DNA of 64,000 nt, taken from contig CAYHFQ010000001.1 in assembly GCA_964355955.1 (NCBI GenBank), forward strand, positions 103,419 to 167,418. The letters run 5' to 3'. The position numbers were made by a program, and so were the translations under genes. Under the pieces are notes generated by a model. It was not told where the DNA came from, did no database searches, and worked only from the letters and a program-made list of their open reading frames with translations. This stretch comes from an uncultured Gammaproteobacteria bacterium (GTDB taxonomy: Bacteria > Patescibacteriota > Patescibacteriia > UBA9934). Positions 19,093-27,598 of the stretch are shown one piece after another; the first letter of the stretch is position 1; every line of letters begins with the position of its first letter.

Positions 19093-20481
19093 ATGAATGC
19101 TAAACGTCTTGCCTCGGGCTTACTTTTATCCAGCCTCCTACTAACATTAGGTATCGGTTGTAGTGGCAAAGACGCGGCCAGCAGTATGCCGGAGGTAAAA
19201 CTTACTTATTGGCGTACTTTTGATAATAGCGACACCATGAGCGACATCATTACCGCCTACACTACACTCCATCCGAACGTCAGTATTGACTACAAAAAAT
19301 TGCGCAGTGACGAATACGATAATGCTCTTTTGCGTGCCTTTGCCGACGGTGCTGGCCCCGATATATTCTCCGTCCACAATAGCGCCATTGGCCAATACCA
19401 AAGCCTCCTTCTCCCTGAACCGGCCACTACCACCATTCCTTACGCTGAAATTCAAGGCACACTCCGCAAGCAAACTGTGGTCATTACTAAGGTTTTGCCG
19501 ACTGTCAGTATTAAGACGCTCAAGAGTGACTTTGTCGACACTGTAGCTGAGGACGTTATTTTCCCTTATCAGCCAGATCCTAAAGTTGCGGCTGAGGACC
19601 GGATTTATGGTTTGCCTTTGTCTGTCGACAGCCTTGCTCTGTATGCTAACAAAGATTTATTAAATGCGGTTAATATTCCTGCGGCTCCAGTTAACTGGCA
19701 AGAATTTCATGATGACGTTGTAAAACTCACAAAACTCGACAGTACTGGCAAAATTATCCAGTCTGGGGCTGGTTTTGGTACCAGTAAAAATGTTAATCGG
19801 GCGGTGGATATTCTTTCTGTGCTCATGATGCAGAACGGGGCCAACATGATTGACGACCGTGGCCGGGTGGCTTTCCAGACTGTACCAACTGGTACCGCTC
19901 AAGGACTTTTCCCAAGTCTTGATGCCACTACTTTCTATACCGACTTTGCTAACCCAACTAAGGATGCTTACACTTGGAACGAATCTTTCCCGTCATCTTT
20001 TGATGCCTTCACGGCTGGCCAAACTGCTTTTTATCTTGGCTACAGCTATGATTTGCCGCTTATTCGGACCGCGGCTCCAAAATTAAACTTCACCATTAAT
20101 AATCTGCCACAAATTCAGAATGGGCGGGAAGTGAATTATCCAAACTACTGGGTGGAAGGTGTTTCGAAAGATACCGAGAATGCCGATTGGGCCTGGGATT
20201 TTATTAATTTTGCCACCCGCAAAGAAAATGTCACCTCCTATTTAACCAAAGCTCAAAAGCCAACCGCTCTCCGTTCACTCATTAGCACTCAACTTGATAG
20301 CGAAGACCTAGGCGTCTTTGCTTCTCAACTTTTACTGGCTAAAAGCTGGTACCACGGTAAGGATACAGCCGCTATGGAAAAGGCTATGAACTCCTTCATC
20401 GACGCTATTCTCCTCGGTACCACGGATCCAACCTCTGCTATCGAGACCACCGCCCGTGTTGTCTCACAAACTTACGACTAG
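19093..20481 (+). CDS. ABC-transporter extracellular solute-binding lipoprotein (family 1, sugar-type)
   Basis: Lipobox LTLGIGCSG. About 460 aa with an SBP-like pattern. Confidence 0.65.
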   Translation: MNAKRLASGLLLSSLLLTLGIGCSGKDAASSMPEVKLTYWRTFDNSDTMSDIITAYTTLHPNVSIDYKKLRSDEYDNALLRAFADGAGPDIFSVHNSAIGQYQSLLLPEPATTTIPYAEIQGTLRKQTVVITKVLPTVSIKTLKSDFVDTVAEDVIFPYQPDPKVAAEDRIYGLPLSVDSLALYANKDLLNAVNIPAAPVNWQEFHDDVVKLTKLDSTGKIIQSGAGFGTSKNVNRAVDILSVLMMQNGANMIDDRGRVAFQTVPTGTAQGLFPSLDATTFYTDFANPTKDAYTWNESFPSSFDAFTAGQTAFYLGYSYDLPLIRTAAPKLNFTINNLPQIQNGREVNYPNYWVEGVSKDTENADWAWDFINFATRKENVTSYLTKAQKPTALRSLISTQLDSEDLGVFASQLLLAKSWYHGKDTAAMEKAMNSFIDAILLGTTDPTSAIETTARVVSQTYD

Positions 20482-20558
20482 GTAACTAAAAATTCACGTC
20501 TCGGCCGCACCCAGCGTCCGGGACGTGAATTTTTATTTCTGGTATACTTCCTACCAGT

Positions 20559-21089
20559 ATGATTGCCATTCGCAAATCTCTCCTCGCTTTAATCCTCGGC
20601 TTTACCTTGGCTACCGGCTTGTTCGGCTTCACGCCACCGGCTAAAGCCATCACTATCGATGGCGAATACACTAAGATCACCCAACTCGGCCTCATCTTCG
20701 CCAACGTCTGCTCCGTAGCTAGACCAGATAACGGCACCGATCCTTGTGCTTGTCGCGGCCAAGGACTCTGCACTGTGGATAACATTCTGCAAGTCATTGT
20801 CAACGTTAGCTACCTCATTCTCGCCCTCAGCGGTTCAGCTGCCCTAATCGCTCTCGTCTACGGCGGCCTCGAATGGGTCATTTCCGCCGGTAATCCCGAA
20901 CGTGTTAAACGCGGCAAAGATGCTTTGAGCGGCGCCGCCATTGGTCTTGCCATCGTCTTTGGTGCTTATGTCGCCATCAACCTCCTCATCAGCGTTCTAA
21001 ATAGCGGCAATATACCCACCACTAACCTCGAAACAACCATCGGTAACGGCGCAGATCAAACTATCACTACTGATACTTCAACACCCTAA
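20559..21089 (+). CDS. VirB2/TrbC-like (T4SS pilin-like) small secreted membrane protein, paralog 1
   Basis: Signal peptide, variable mature region, then a conserved C-terminal helix-loop-helix: LILALSGSAALIALVYGGLEWVISAGNPERVKRGKDALSGAAIGLAIVFGAYVAINLL. Confidence 0.6.
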   Translation: MIAIRKSLLALILGFTLATGLFGFTPPAKAITIDGEYTKITQLGLIFANVCSVARPDNGTDPCACRGQGLCTVDNILQVIVNVSYLILALSGSAALIALVYGGLEWVISAGNPERVKRGKDALSGAAIGLAIVFGAYVAINLLISVLNSGNIPTTNLETTIGNGADQTITTDTSTP

Positions 21090-21090
21090 T

Positions 21091-21474
21091 ATGATTACCA
21101 GACATCAAGCTAAACGTGGCGCCATCATTGTTGCGTACTCTCTAGTCCTACTATTGCCTCTCATTCCAGGTCTGGTTCGTGCTGAAGATACAACCACCGT
21201 CACTCTCTACAACCCACTCGGTATAACCGACGTTCGCGTCATCATTGGTCGCGTCATTAAAGGCATTCTAGGCATTGTTGGATCCCTCGCTTTCGTCATG
21301 TTCATCTACGGTGGCGTACTCTGGATGACGAGTGCTGGTAACGCCGATCGTGTAAAAAAAGGTCAAAGCATCTTGGTCTGGACGGTCCTAGGTCTCGGTG
21401 TAATTTTCTCTAGTTACGCCGCCGTCAACGCTATTCTCAACTCTATCACCACCGGCAGCGTCACAGGAACATAA
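21091..21474 (+). CDS. VirB2/TrbC-like pilin-like protein, paralog 2
   Basis: Conserved block LGIVGSLAFVMFIYGGVLWMTSAGNADRVKKGQSILVWTVLGLGVIFSSYAAVNAIL. Confidence 0.65.
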   Translation: MITRHQAKRGAIIVAYSLVLLLPLIPGLVRAEDTTTVTLYNPLGITDVRVIIGRVIKGILGIVGSLAFVMFIYGGVLWMTSAGNADRVKKGQSILVWTVLGLGVIFSSYAAVNAILNSITTGSVTGT

Positions 21475-21518
21475 CAATGTGCTATAATTAAATTATACAT
21501 TCACCTTAACATTTTACT

Positions 21519-21926
21519 ATGTCGAAAGTCTTCTCACGTCTCGTCATGGGACTTGGTCTCGCTACACTTCTCGTGTTGCCACTCGGCCTCTCCCACATCG
21601 GCTTTGTCCACGTTGCTCACGCCCAACAATTACAAACTAGCGATTTGCTTACCACCGGCTTCGGCGATACCGCTGGCCTTGGTCAAGCAGACTTAAAGAC
21701 GACTATTGGCAACCTCATCCGCGTCATGCTCGGTTTCCTCGGTGTCGTCGCAGTCATCATCATTCTCCTTGGTGGTTTCAAATGGATGACCGCTGGTGGC
21801 AACGACGAGAAAGTGCAAGAAGCTAAGAACCTCATCATCGCTGGTATCATCGGCTTGGCCATCATTCTCTCCGCCTTTGCCATCGCTAGCTTCGTCATCA
21901 GCTCCATCATCGGCGCCACACAGTAA
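21519..21926 (+). CDS. VirB2/TrbC-like pilin-like protein, paralog 3
   Basis: Conserved block LGFLGVVAVIIILLGGFKWMTAGGNDEKVQEAKNLIIAGIIGLAIILSAFAIASFVI. Confidence 0.65.
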   Translation: MSKVFSRLVMGLGLATLLVLPLGLSHIGFVHVAHAQQLQTSDLLTTGFGDTAGLGQADLKTTIGNLIRVMLGFLGVVAVIIILLGGFKWMTAGGNDEKVQEAKNLIIAGIIGLAIILSAFAIASFVISSIIGATQ

Positions 21927-21990
21927 ACCTCAATTTCATTTAGATTCTCGAATGACGGTCGGGCTGCAGTTGGTCTGCAACCTCTCCGCT

Positions 21991-22383
21991 ATGCGAAAAT
22001 TCTTCCTCGCCAGTTTACTGGCTGTTTCTTTGTTAGTGCCTCAGCTTACTTTAGCCGCCGACTCAGCTGCTACTAGCTATGGCTTAGAGTCGAGCGGTGG
22101 TGCCGCTGGTCTTCTCACGAATTCCGCAGAAAATACCAATATTACTACCTTTATCGGCTCGTTCATCATCAAGCCTATTCTCGGCTTGGTCGGACTTGGC
22201 TTCTTCATTCTCATGATCTACGGCGGCGTCCTCTGGATGGCTGCTGGCGGCAACGAAACTATCGTCAAAAAAGCCCAAAGCATCCTCACTAGCGCAGTTA
22301 TTGGTGCCATTATTATCATTGCCGCTTACGCCCTCACCAATGCCGTGCTCAACGCTATCACCGCTGGCAATATCTCTGGTTAA
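21991..22383 (+). CDS. VirB2/TrbC-like pilin-like protein, paralog 4
   Basis: Real start ATG 21991 (MRKFFLASLLAVSLL signal peptide). The track ORF 21796..22383 has a spurious upstream extension that overlaps paralog 3. Conserved block LGLVGLGFFILMIYGGVLWMAAGGNETIVKKAQSIL. Confidence 0.65.
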   Translation: MRKFFLASLLAVSLLVPQLTLAADSAATSYGLESSGGAAGLLTNSAENTNITTFIGSFIIKPILGLVGLGFFILMIYGGVLWMAAGGNETIVKKAQSILTSAVIGAIIIIAAYALTNAVLNAITAGNISG

Positions 22384-22392
22384 ACGCTCAGT

Positions 22393-22809
22393 ATGAAAAA
22401 AATTGCCTACGCTTTTCTAGCCAGTCTACTTCTCCTTCCATCCTTCACTTTCGCTGCTGATCCGCCAGCCACACCATCAACCACCAATAGCTCTATTTAC
22501 AGTTCTGGCCTCAACACCGGCGCTAACGCTGCCTACGACAATGCTCTACCTAACGCGGATCTCCTCGGCGTCATTACCCTTCTCATCAAAGCCGTGCTCG
22601 GTCTTCTCGGTGTCGTCTTCCTCGTGCTCATCATCTACGCTGGCATTCTCTGGCTAACTGCTGCCGGCAACGAAGACCGTGTCAAAAAAGCTCAGGGTAT
22701 TCTCAAGAACGCAGTTATCGGTATCTTCATCGTCATAACTGCTTACGCTATCAGTTATTTCATCCTAACAAATATTTCCAATTCCATGACACAAATTTAT
22801 AGCCCATAA
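22393..22809 (+). CDS. VirB2/TrbC-like pilin-like protein, paralog 5
   Basis: Signal peptide MKKIAYAFLASLLLLPSFTFA. Conserved block LGLLGVVFLVLIIYAGILWLTAAGNEDRVKKAQGILKNAVIG. Confidence 0.65.
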   Translation: MKKIAYAFLASLLLLPSFTFAADPPATPSTTNSSIYSSGLNTGANAAYDNALPNADLLGVITLLIKAVLGLLGVVFLVLIIYAGILWLTAAGNEDRVKKAQGILKNAVIGIFIVITAYAISYFILTNISNSMTQIYSP

Positions 22810-22876
22810 GTACCACTTATCGTCCCTCACACTTCATGTTATAATGCTACTGTCTTAAAAATTTTAACCCTTCGCT

Positions 22877-23266
22877 ATGAAGTTAAAGAACATTCTCGTG
22901 GCTGCGGCGCTCTTCGCCCTGCCCTTCGCTCCAATGCTAGTTACCACAACGCACGCTGCCGGTATCGACGTCACAACGAAGCTTGGCACTGTTGGTAGTG
23001 GAGCTGGTTACTCAGCTCAAACTGCCGACTCACTCACTAATACCATCGGCGTACTTATCCAAACTCTTCTCGGTTTCCTCGGTGTCGTCTTCCTCATCCT
23101 TATCATCTACGCTGGTCTTCTTTGGATGACTGCCGCTGGTAACGAAGATAAAGTTAAGAAAGCCCAGGGCATTCTCATGAGCTCCGTCATTGGCCTCATC
23201 ATCTTGCTCTCCGCTTACGCTATCAGCTACTTCGTCATCAGCAACATTCAAAGCTCCATTCAGTAA
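22877..23266 (+). CDS. VirB2/TrbC-like pilin-like protein, paralog 6
   Basis: Conserved block LGFLGVVFLILIIYAGLLWMTAAGNEDKVKKAQGILMSSVIG. Followed by terminator hairpin AGAGCCTGCGGGCTCTTTTT at ~23284-23303. Confidence 0.65.
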   Translation: MKLKNILVAAALFALPFAPMLVTTTHAAGIDVTTKLGTVGSGAGYSAQTADSLTNTIGVLIQTLLGFLGVVFLILIIYAGLLWMTAAGNEDKVKKAQGILMSSVIGLIILLSAYAISYFVISNIQSSIQ

Positions 23267-23377
23267 ACTCACTTACACACAAAAAGAGCCTGCGGGCTCT
23301 TTTTCGTTGTAAACAAAAAGTGGCCCCGGGAAGTAAATCCCGGGCGCCACGTCTGCCGTACGGTTCTTGCTACTTCA

Positions 23378-23899
23378 TCAACGGCAGGAGATGAAGGAGA
23401 TGCTGCGACTGTTCGGATTGGTCGTGGCCGAGTAGCAGGTCGTCGGCAACTTGGTCGCCTTGATGACGATGGCCAGACCGTTCTCTATCACCGGTGGGAT
23501 GCCGGCGTTGTCGTAGTGGTCGCCATAGGCAGTGATGGCTTCTTGCCCATCCGTGACGCCCACATAGTACTTGTCGCCATAGTGGTCGGAGACCAGTACG
23601 GACGTCATCCGGCCGTTGATCCGCGCCACGATCGGCACCGGTGCCCCGTGGTCCATCTTGAAGACGGTCACGGTATCACACCCGGTGTAGTGCGGTACGA
23701 CCATCCTCACCTCCTTCGGCACCCGCAACATGAAGATGCTAGGGCCGAGCTTGGAGAAGTCAGATGGCTCGACCTGCAAGAGACGGCAGGACCTCTGCTC
23801 GATCGCGATCTGCTGCGTCGGCGACAAGCCGCTGAACTCAGAGGCCTTGATACCACCGACGAGGAACAGAACAAGGGAAAGAATCATCGTAGACTCCAT
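23378..23899 (-). CDS. Secreted hypothetical protein (GC-rich island)
   Basis: Signal peptide MILSLVLFLVGG. GC-rich codon usage. A minus-strand terminator hairpin GGCGCCCGGGATTTACTTCCCGGGGCC plus T-run lies just downstream (23320-23350). Confidence 0.6.
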   Translation of the reverse strand: MESTMILSLVLFLVGGIKASEFSGLSPTQQIAIEQRSCRLLQVEPSDFSKLGPSIFMLRVPKEVRMVVPHYTGCDTVTVFKMDHGAPVPIVARINGRMTSVLVSDHYGDKYYVGVTDGQEAITAYGDHYDNAGIPPVIENGLAIVIKATKLPTTCYSATTNPNSRSISFISCR

Positions 23900-24010
23900 G
23901 GCACTCGGCCAACGGTTGTGAATGGAAGTTATTTTTGCTCGGCTCCTCTCTACCCGTTAAGGGAAAGGACCAAACGCGATGCGCGGGGTGGGCTAGTCCC
24001 CCTTTCTGCC

Positions 24011-24643
24011 CTACTCGACGTTGTCGTCTACAATCTTGGGCGGCGGTGCCGGCTTGTCCTGGGTCTTGACCCCCGTGGACTTGCCGCTCTGCTCGCCCTG
24101 ATTGTTGAGCATCTGCTCCGCCTGGTCCATGGCGTCGAGTGCCTGGGCCGTGCTCAGGTGGCCGATGCCGCCGTAGTAGCCACCGATGCCGTCCGGCCAA
24201 CGGTTGACGCTATTCGCCTGCGCCTCACCGACCGGATCGGACACCCGCTTGATGACGTCGCCGTCGATCGAACAGGTGACGTTGCCGTCGCCCTCCAAGC
24301 TCTTGAAGCAGGTCTTGTAGGCTTCGAGGTGCGCCTCAACCTCCAGCTCGTGCTTCTTCTGATCGAACGTCTGTTCGTTCAGCGCCAGCAACTGGTCGGT
24401 CTCGGCCTGGGTGACCTGGACGTTCGCCAACGTGGTCTTCACGTTGTTGTCCGTCAGAGCGGTCAGGGCCTTGACCCCAATGCAGACCGTCCGCGGGGTC
24501 GTCGCTCCGTTCACTCCGTCCACCACCAACTTGGTGTGGCCGAAGGGCGGGCAGTCGATGTCCGAGTGGACGTTGATGTTGGCGTCCACGAGGGTGATGG
24601 GCTCGGCCGCGAGGGCCAGGGAAAGTGCGAGTGAAAGGATCAT
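24011..24643 (-). CDS. Secreted hypothetical protein (GC-rich island)
   Basis: Likely start ATG 24641-24643 (MILSLALSLALAAEP), a signal peptide similar to that of the neighbouring 23378..23899 product. Four Cys residues (C29, C52, C110, C123) in the mature region. Confidence 0.55.
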   Translation of the reverse strand: MILSLALSLALAAEPITLVDANINVHSDIDCPPFGHTKLVVDGVNGATTPRTVCIGVKALTALTDNNVKTTLANVQVTQAETDQLLALNEQTFDQKKHELEVEAHLEAYKTCFKSLEGDGNVTCSIDGDVIKRVSDPVGEAQANSVNRWPDGIGGYYGGIGHLSTAQALDAMDQAEQMLNNQGEQSGKSTGVKTQDKPAPPPKIVDDNVE

Positions 24644-24817
24644 TACAGTCTCTTGGTGAATGGCCAAAGCGGCCAGTTGGTGAGGTATCGCCGCCTATTT
24701 CCTCGGGAATCGAGGCTTTTGACGGACCTAGTAATATAGCAAAAAAACTGCCTTTTGTCAATCACTCACCAACTTTCTTGGCTCTAATTAGCCACAATTT
24801 AGCACTTAATCTGAAGC

Positions 24818-24849
24818 TCTCCCCCAGCCATGGGGAAGTTGGAGGGGGC
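24818..24849. repeat. Palindromic ~33 bp element, intergenic copy (reverse orientation)
   Basis: CTCCCCCAGCCATGGGGAAGTTGGAGGGGGC is the reverse complement, with one change, of the element found inside five CDSs (31473, 45264, 57747, 59425, 62764). Confidence 0.7.
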
Positions 24850-25037
24850 TTTTAGTAACTTCGCAAAGTCAAAACAGCTGGACAAAAACCCAAAAATATG
24901 CTAAATTTCCCGGTCAGCAAACTGCAAATTTGCTGCCGTTTCCCCGTTTTTTCACAACGACGAACCCATTCCGGGCCCACCGTCTTCAAGTTAGTTAACG
25001 TCCACAACGCCCTCCAAAGGGCATTACAGGAGCCATC

Positions 25038-27119
25038 ATGGCCGCCAAATTTGACGAACTCTCCCGCGACATCGACCTCAACCTCAACCAGAGGGGGTTC
25101 GACTCCACTCTGCACAGCATCAAGAACAAGGAGGGTAACCTCGTCCTCGACGCCATCGGCGAAACTGCCGTGGAAAACGTCATGCATGAGGTGGCCACTT
25201 CCCTCGACGCAACCGAGATCATCAAGCTCGGAACCGTCACGGACCTCCTCCTGGCGCTCATTTTGGCTCTGCCTGACGTCAGCCGCAAGTACCTGGCCAA
25301 CTTGCTCGCCAAGCAGGTGAAGAAGGTCCTGAGCGACAAGTCCCTCGTCTCCGACGTGACGGCTGCTATGCTGATCGAAGCCCTGGATCAGGGTAACGCC
25401 ATGGTCATGACCATCCTCGACAACGCTGGTCTGCAGCCCGAGGACATGCGGGCCGCGTTGCTCGACAAGTTCAGCGTGGACATCAAGGAACTCAAGGTCT
25501 GGTTGGCCGGCAAGCTCCCCGCCATCATCGGCGGTCACAGCAGCGGCGGAACCGACCCAGGTCACGACACCAGCCACGGCCCCACCGCGGTTGCCGTCGC
25601 CGCCCCGGTCCTCAACCGCCACCGGGCACAGTTGAATGGCCGCTTGGACATCATGAAGGGTTGGGATAGCCCTGTGCAGGACCTGCTGACCGCCCTGCAA
25701 AATGGTGCAGCTATCGAGGCCCATGGTGACCCGAGCAAGCTTGATGGTACGCCCCTGCCCAAAGACCAACGTCAATGGCTCGGTCTCGCTCATGGCTTCG
25801 TCAAGGGAATCGAGATCATGGTGGAAGATGACGGAGCCCGTGCGACCCTAAAAGCGTCGCTCGAGCAGCTCATCGCCAAGGGCGTGACCAAGGAAGAGTT
25901 GAGTGCCAACCCGCTCGACAAAGCCGGTCACTTCATCCACGGCGTGGTGAAAATCGGTCACAGTGACAAAATGACCGCCATCCTTGACCGGGCGGACGAA
26001 GCCATCGACCTGACAGAGGCCAGGGCTCACCTGCGCCGCTTCATGGGTAAGGACAAACCCACTGTCATCATCGACGTCCCGGAGAAAGACGCCGACGGTA
26101 ATGTAATCGTCCTGTCCAAGGAACAGCAGGTGGAGCGTAAGAAGGAAGCAGAAGAAAAGCGGCTGGCCAACCGCACCAAGTTCGAAGTTGTCACTGAAGA
26201 GGCAGAGGCTTGGAGCAGGTGGGGTCTCAAAAAGATCAAGCAGGCAGTCGGCATCTACGTTGGCAGTGCTGTGACCATCTGCCTGGTCGCCACCGTCGAT
26301 ACCTTCCAGACCCATCTCCTGGAAGGCTGGCTCGCCATTGCGCACAACGTGGTGTTGGGTCTGGCCGTCTGCGGCCTGTTCACGAGTTCCATCGTGTTGA
26401 TCATCGCCCGTCTCGGGCTCTCGGTTCTCGACGCACCGCTGAAGGTCATCGCCAAGTTCATCAAGACGATACCCGGCCAGGAAGACTTCACGTTTGAGGA
26501 TGCCCCCATCTTCAAGCAGGCCAACCTCATCACCATCGTCGTCTTCGGGCTCGGGGTGCTGTTCACGGTTATCGCCATCTTCTGCGCCGTGGGCGGAGGT
26601 TCCGTCATGCTGCCCATCCTGGCCATCCTCGGAGTCTTCTCCTTGGGTGCTTGGGGCGAGCTACAGAAACGTTTCTTCCATGCCAAGTGGTCGGGGCACG
26701 CTCCGGCTGCTGGTCATGATGCTCATCCGACAGCTCCGGCTGGAGGCGGACACGCTCATGATCCTGGTGAGGAGCGCAAGCTCCAGAAGGCAGAGGTCAA
26801 CTTCCTCACCGGACTCAAGGTGTTCTACGTCTTGATGGCTGTGTTCTTCGGAACTCTGATCATCACCGGTGTAGTGACTGCGGGTTACCGCTACCACCAA
26901 ACAAGTCTGGATAAGGCAGCAGCCGCCGAAGTCACAGTCACCACGGAGCGCACCGCGGACTGCGCCGAGGTCACGGCCACTCTGACCAAGTGGGCCGGCG
27001 TGTGGAACGTCAAGAACAACTACCCGGATGAAGGGAGTCGGTTCAGCCACATGTGCGAAGAGACACAGAGCGAGAAGATCGGAACCGCTTGCGCCAAGCA
27101 GGCCTCTCTCTGCCGCTAG
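25038..27119 (+). CDS. Large hypothetical membrane protein (693 aa; ~400 aa soluble N-terminal region, five predicted TM helices, Cys-rich C-terminal tail)
   Basis: Long ORF with GC-rich third positions. TM helices around IYVGSAVTICLVATV, VVLGLAVCGLFTSSIVLIIARL, ITIVVFGLGVLFTVIAIFCAV, MLPILAILGVFSLGAWG and VFYVLMAVFFGTLIITGVV. Antisense ORFs (24852..25793 and others) are taken as GC-driven artefacts. Confidence 0.6.
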   Translation: MAAKFDELSRDIDLNLNQRGFDSTLHSIKNKEGNLVLDAIGETAVENVMHEVATSLDATEIIKLGTVTDLLLALILALPDVSRKYLANLLAKQVKKVLSDKSLVSDVTAAMLIEALDQGNAMVMTILDNAGLQPEDMRAALLDKFSVDIKELKVWLAGKLPAIIGGHSSGGTDPGHDTSHGPTAVAVAAPVLNRHRAQLNGRLDIMKGWDSPVQDLLTALQNGAAIEAHGDPSKLDGTPLPKDQRQWLGLAHGFVKGIEIMVEDDGARATLKASLEQLIAKGVTKEELSANPLDKAGHFIHGVVKIGHSDKMTAILDRADEAIDLTEARAHLRRFMGKDKPTVIIDVPEKDADGNVIVLSKEQQVERKKEAEEKRLANRTKFEVVTEEAEAWSRWGLKKIKQAVGIYVGSAVTICLVATVDTFQTHLLEGWLAIAHNVVLGLAVCGLFTSSIVLIIARLGLSVLDAPLKVIAKFIKTIPGQEDFTFEDAPIFKQANLITIVVFGLGVLFTVIAIFCAVGGGSVMLPILAILGVFSLGAWGELQKRFFHAKWSGHAPAAGHDAHPTAPAGGGHAHDPGEERKLQKAEVNFLTGLKVFYVLMAVFFGTLIITGVVTAGYRYHQTSLDKAAAAEVTVTTERTADCAEVTATLTKWAGVWNVKNNYPDEGSRFSHMCEETQSEKIGTACAKQASLCR

Positions 27120-27251
27120 ATTAGCCCGGCAGAATCAACCATCAACAATTAACCCAAAAGGGGAACACTACTCGTGAGAGCGGTGAGCATATAGTCTTCC
27201 ATAGTGGAATATGAACTGTATGTCTCATCGCTCTCTTCTTTTTGTGGTTTT

Positions 27252-27536
27252 TTAGTCGTCCTTTGTGGCTGGATGTTCAGTATTAATTTGAGCCTCATGA
27301 AATTGTTTGATGAGAGCTAGATAGTTAGTGTAAGTTATTTGCTCGATGTGACCAGTGACGGCAATATCACGAGCGAAGAGAGCAGAAAAGTGGTCAGGAC
27401 CACAGGAGGCTTCGATGGAATATTGCTGACCAGCAATAAGGCCATCGCCGAGGATGGGCGCGACGGGGAAACCGAGGGTAATGAGTTGGCGATGAAAGGA
27501 GGTGAAGAGTTCGTTGTTGATGGTGATGGTAGTCAT
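27252..27536 (-). CDS. Hypothetical protein (94 aa)
   Basis: ORF only. No motif recognised. Confidence 0.4.
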   Translation of the reverse strand: MTTITINNELFTSFHRQLITLGFPVAPILGDGLIAGQQYSIEASCGPDHFSALFARDIAVTGHIEQITYTNYLALIKQFHEAQINTEHPATKDD

Positions 27537-27598
27537 ACTTAGAGATCATGGCATGAAGCGTGGGAAAAAGCGAGAGAGTATGAGACAATGGATAAAGT

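Noticed and set aside
24852-25793. 313 aa minus-strand ORF, with other long ORFs (23516..24634 +, 24336..24761 -, 25848..26345 -) in the GC-rich island
   Set aside because: They overlap the longer, TM-helix-containing 693 aa plus-strand gene or the signal-peptide genes in antisense or alternate frames. High GC suppresses stop codons, and their products are Arg/Gly/Ala-rich low-complexity sequence typical of such artefacts.
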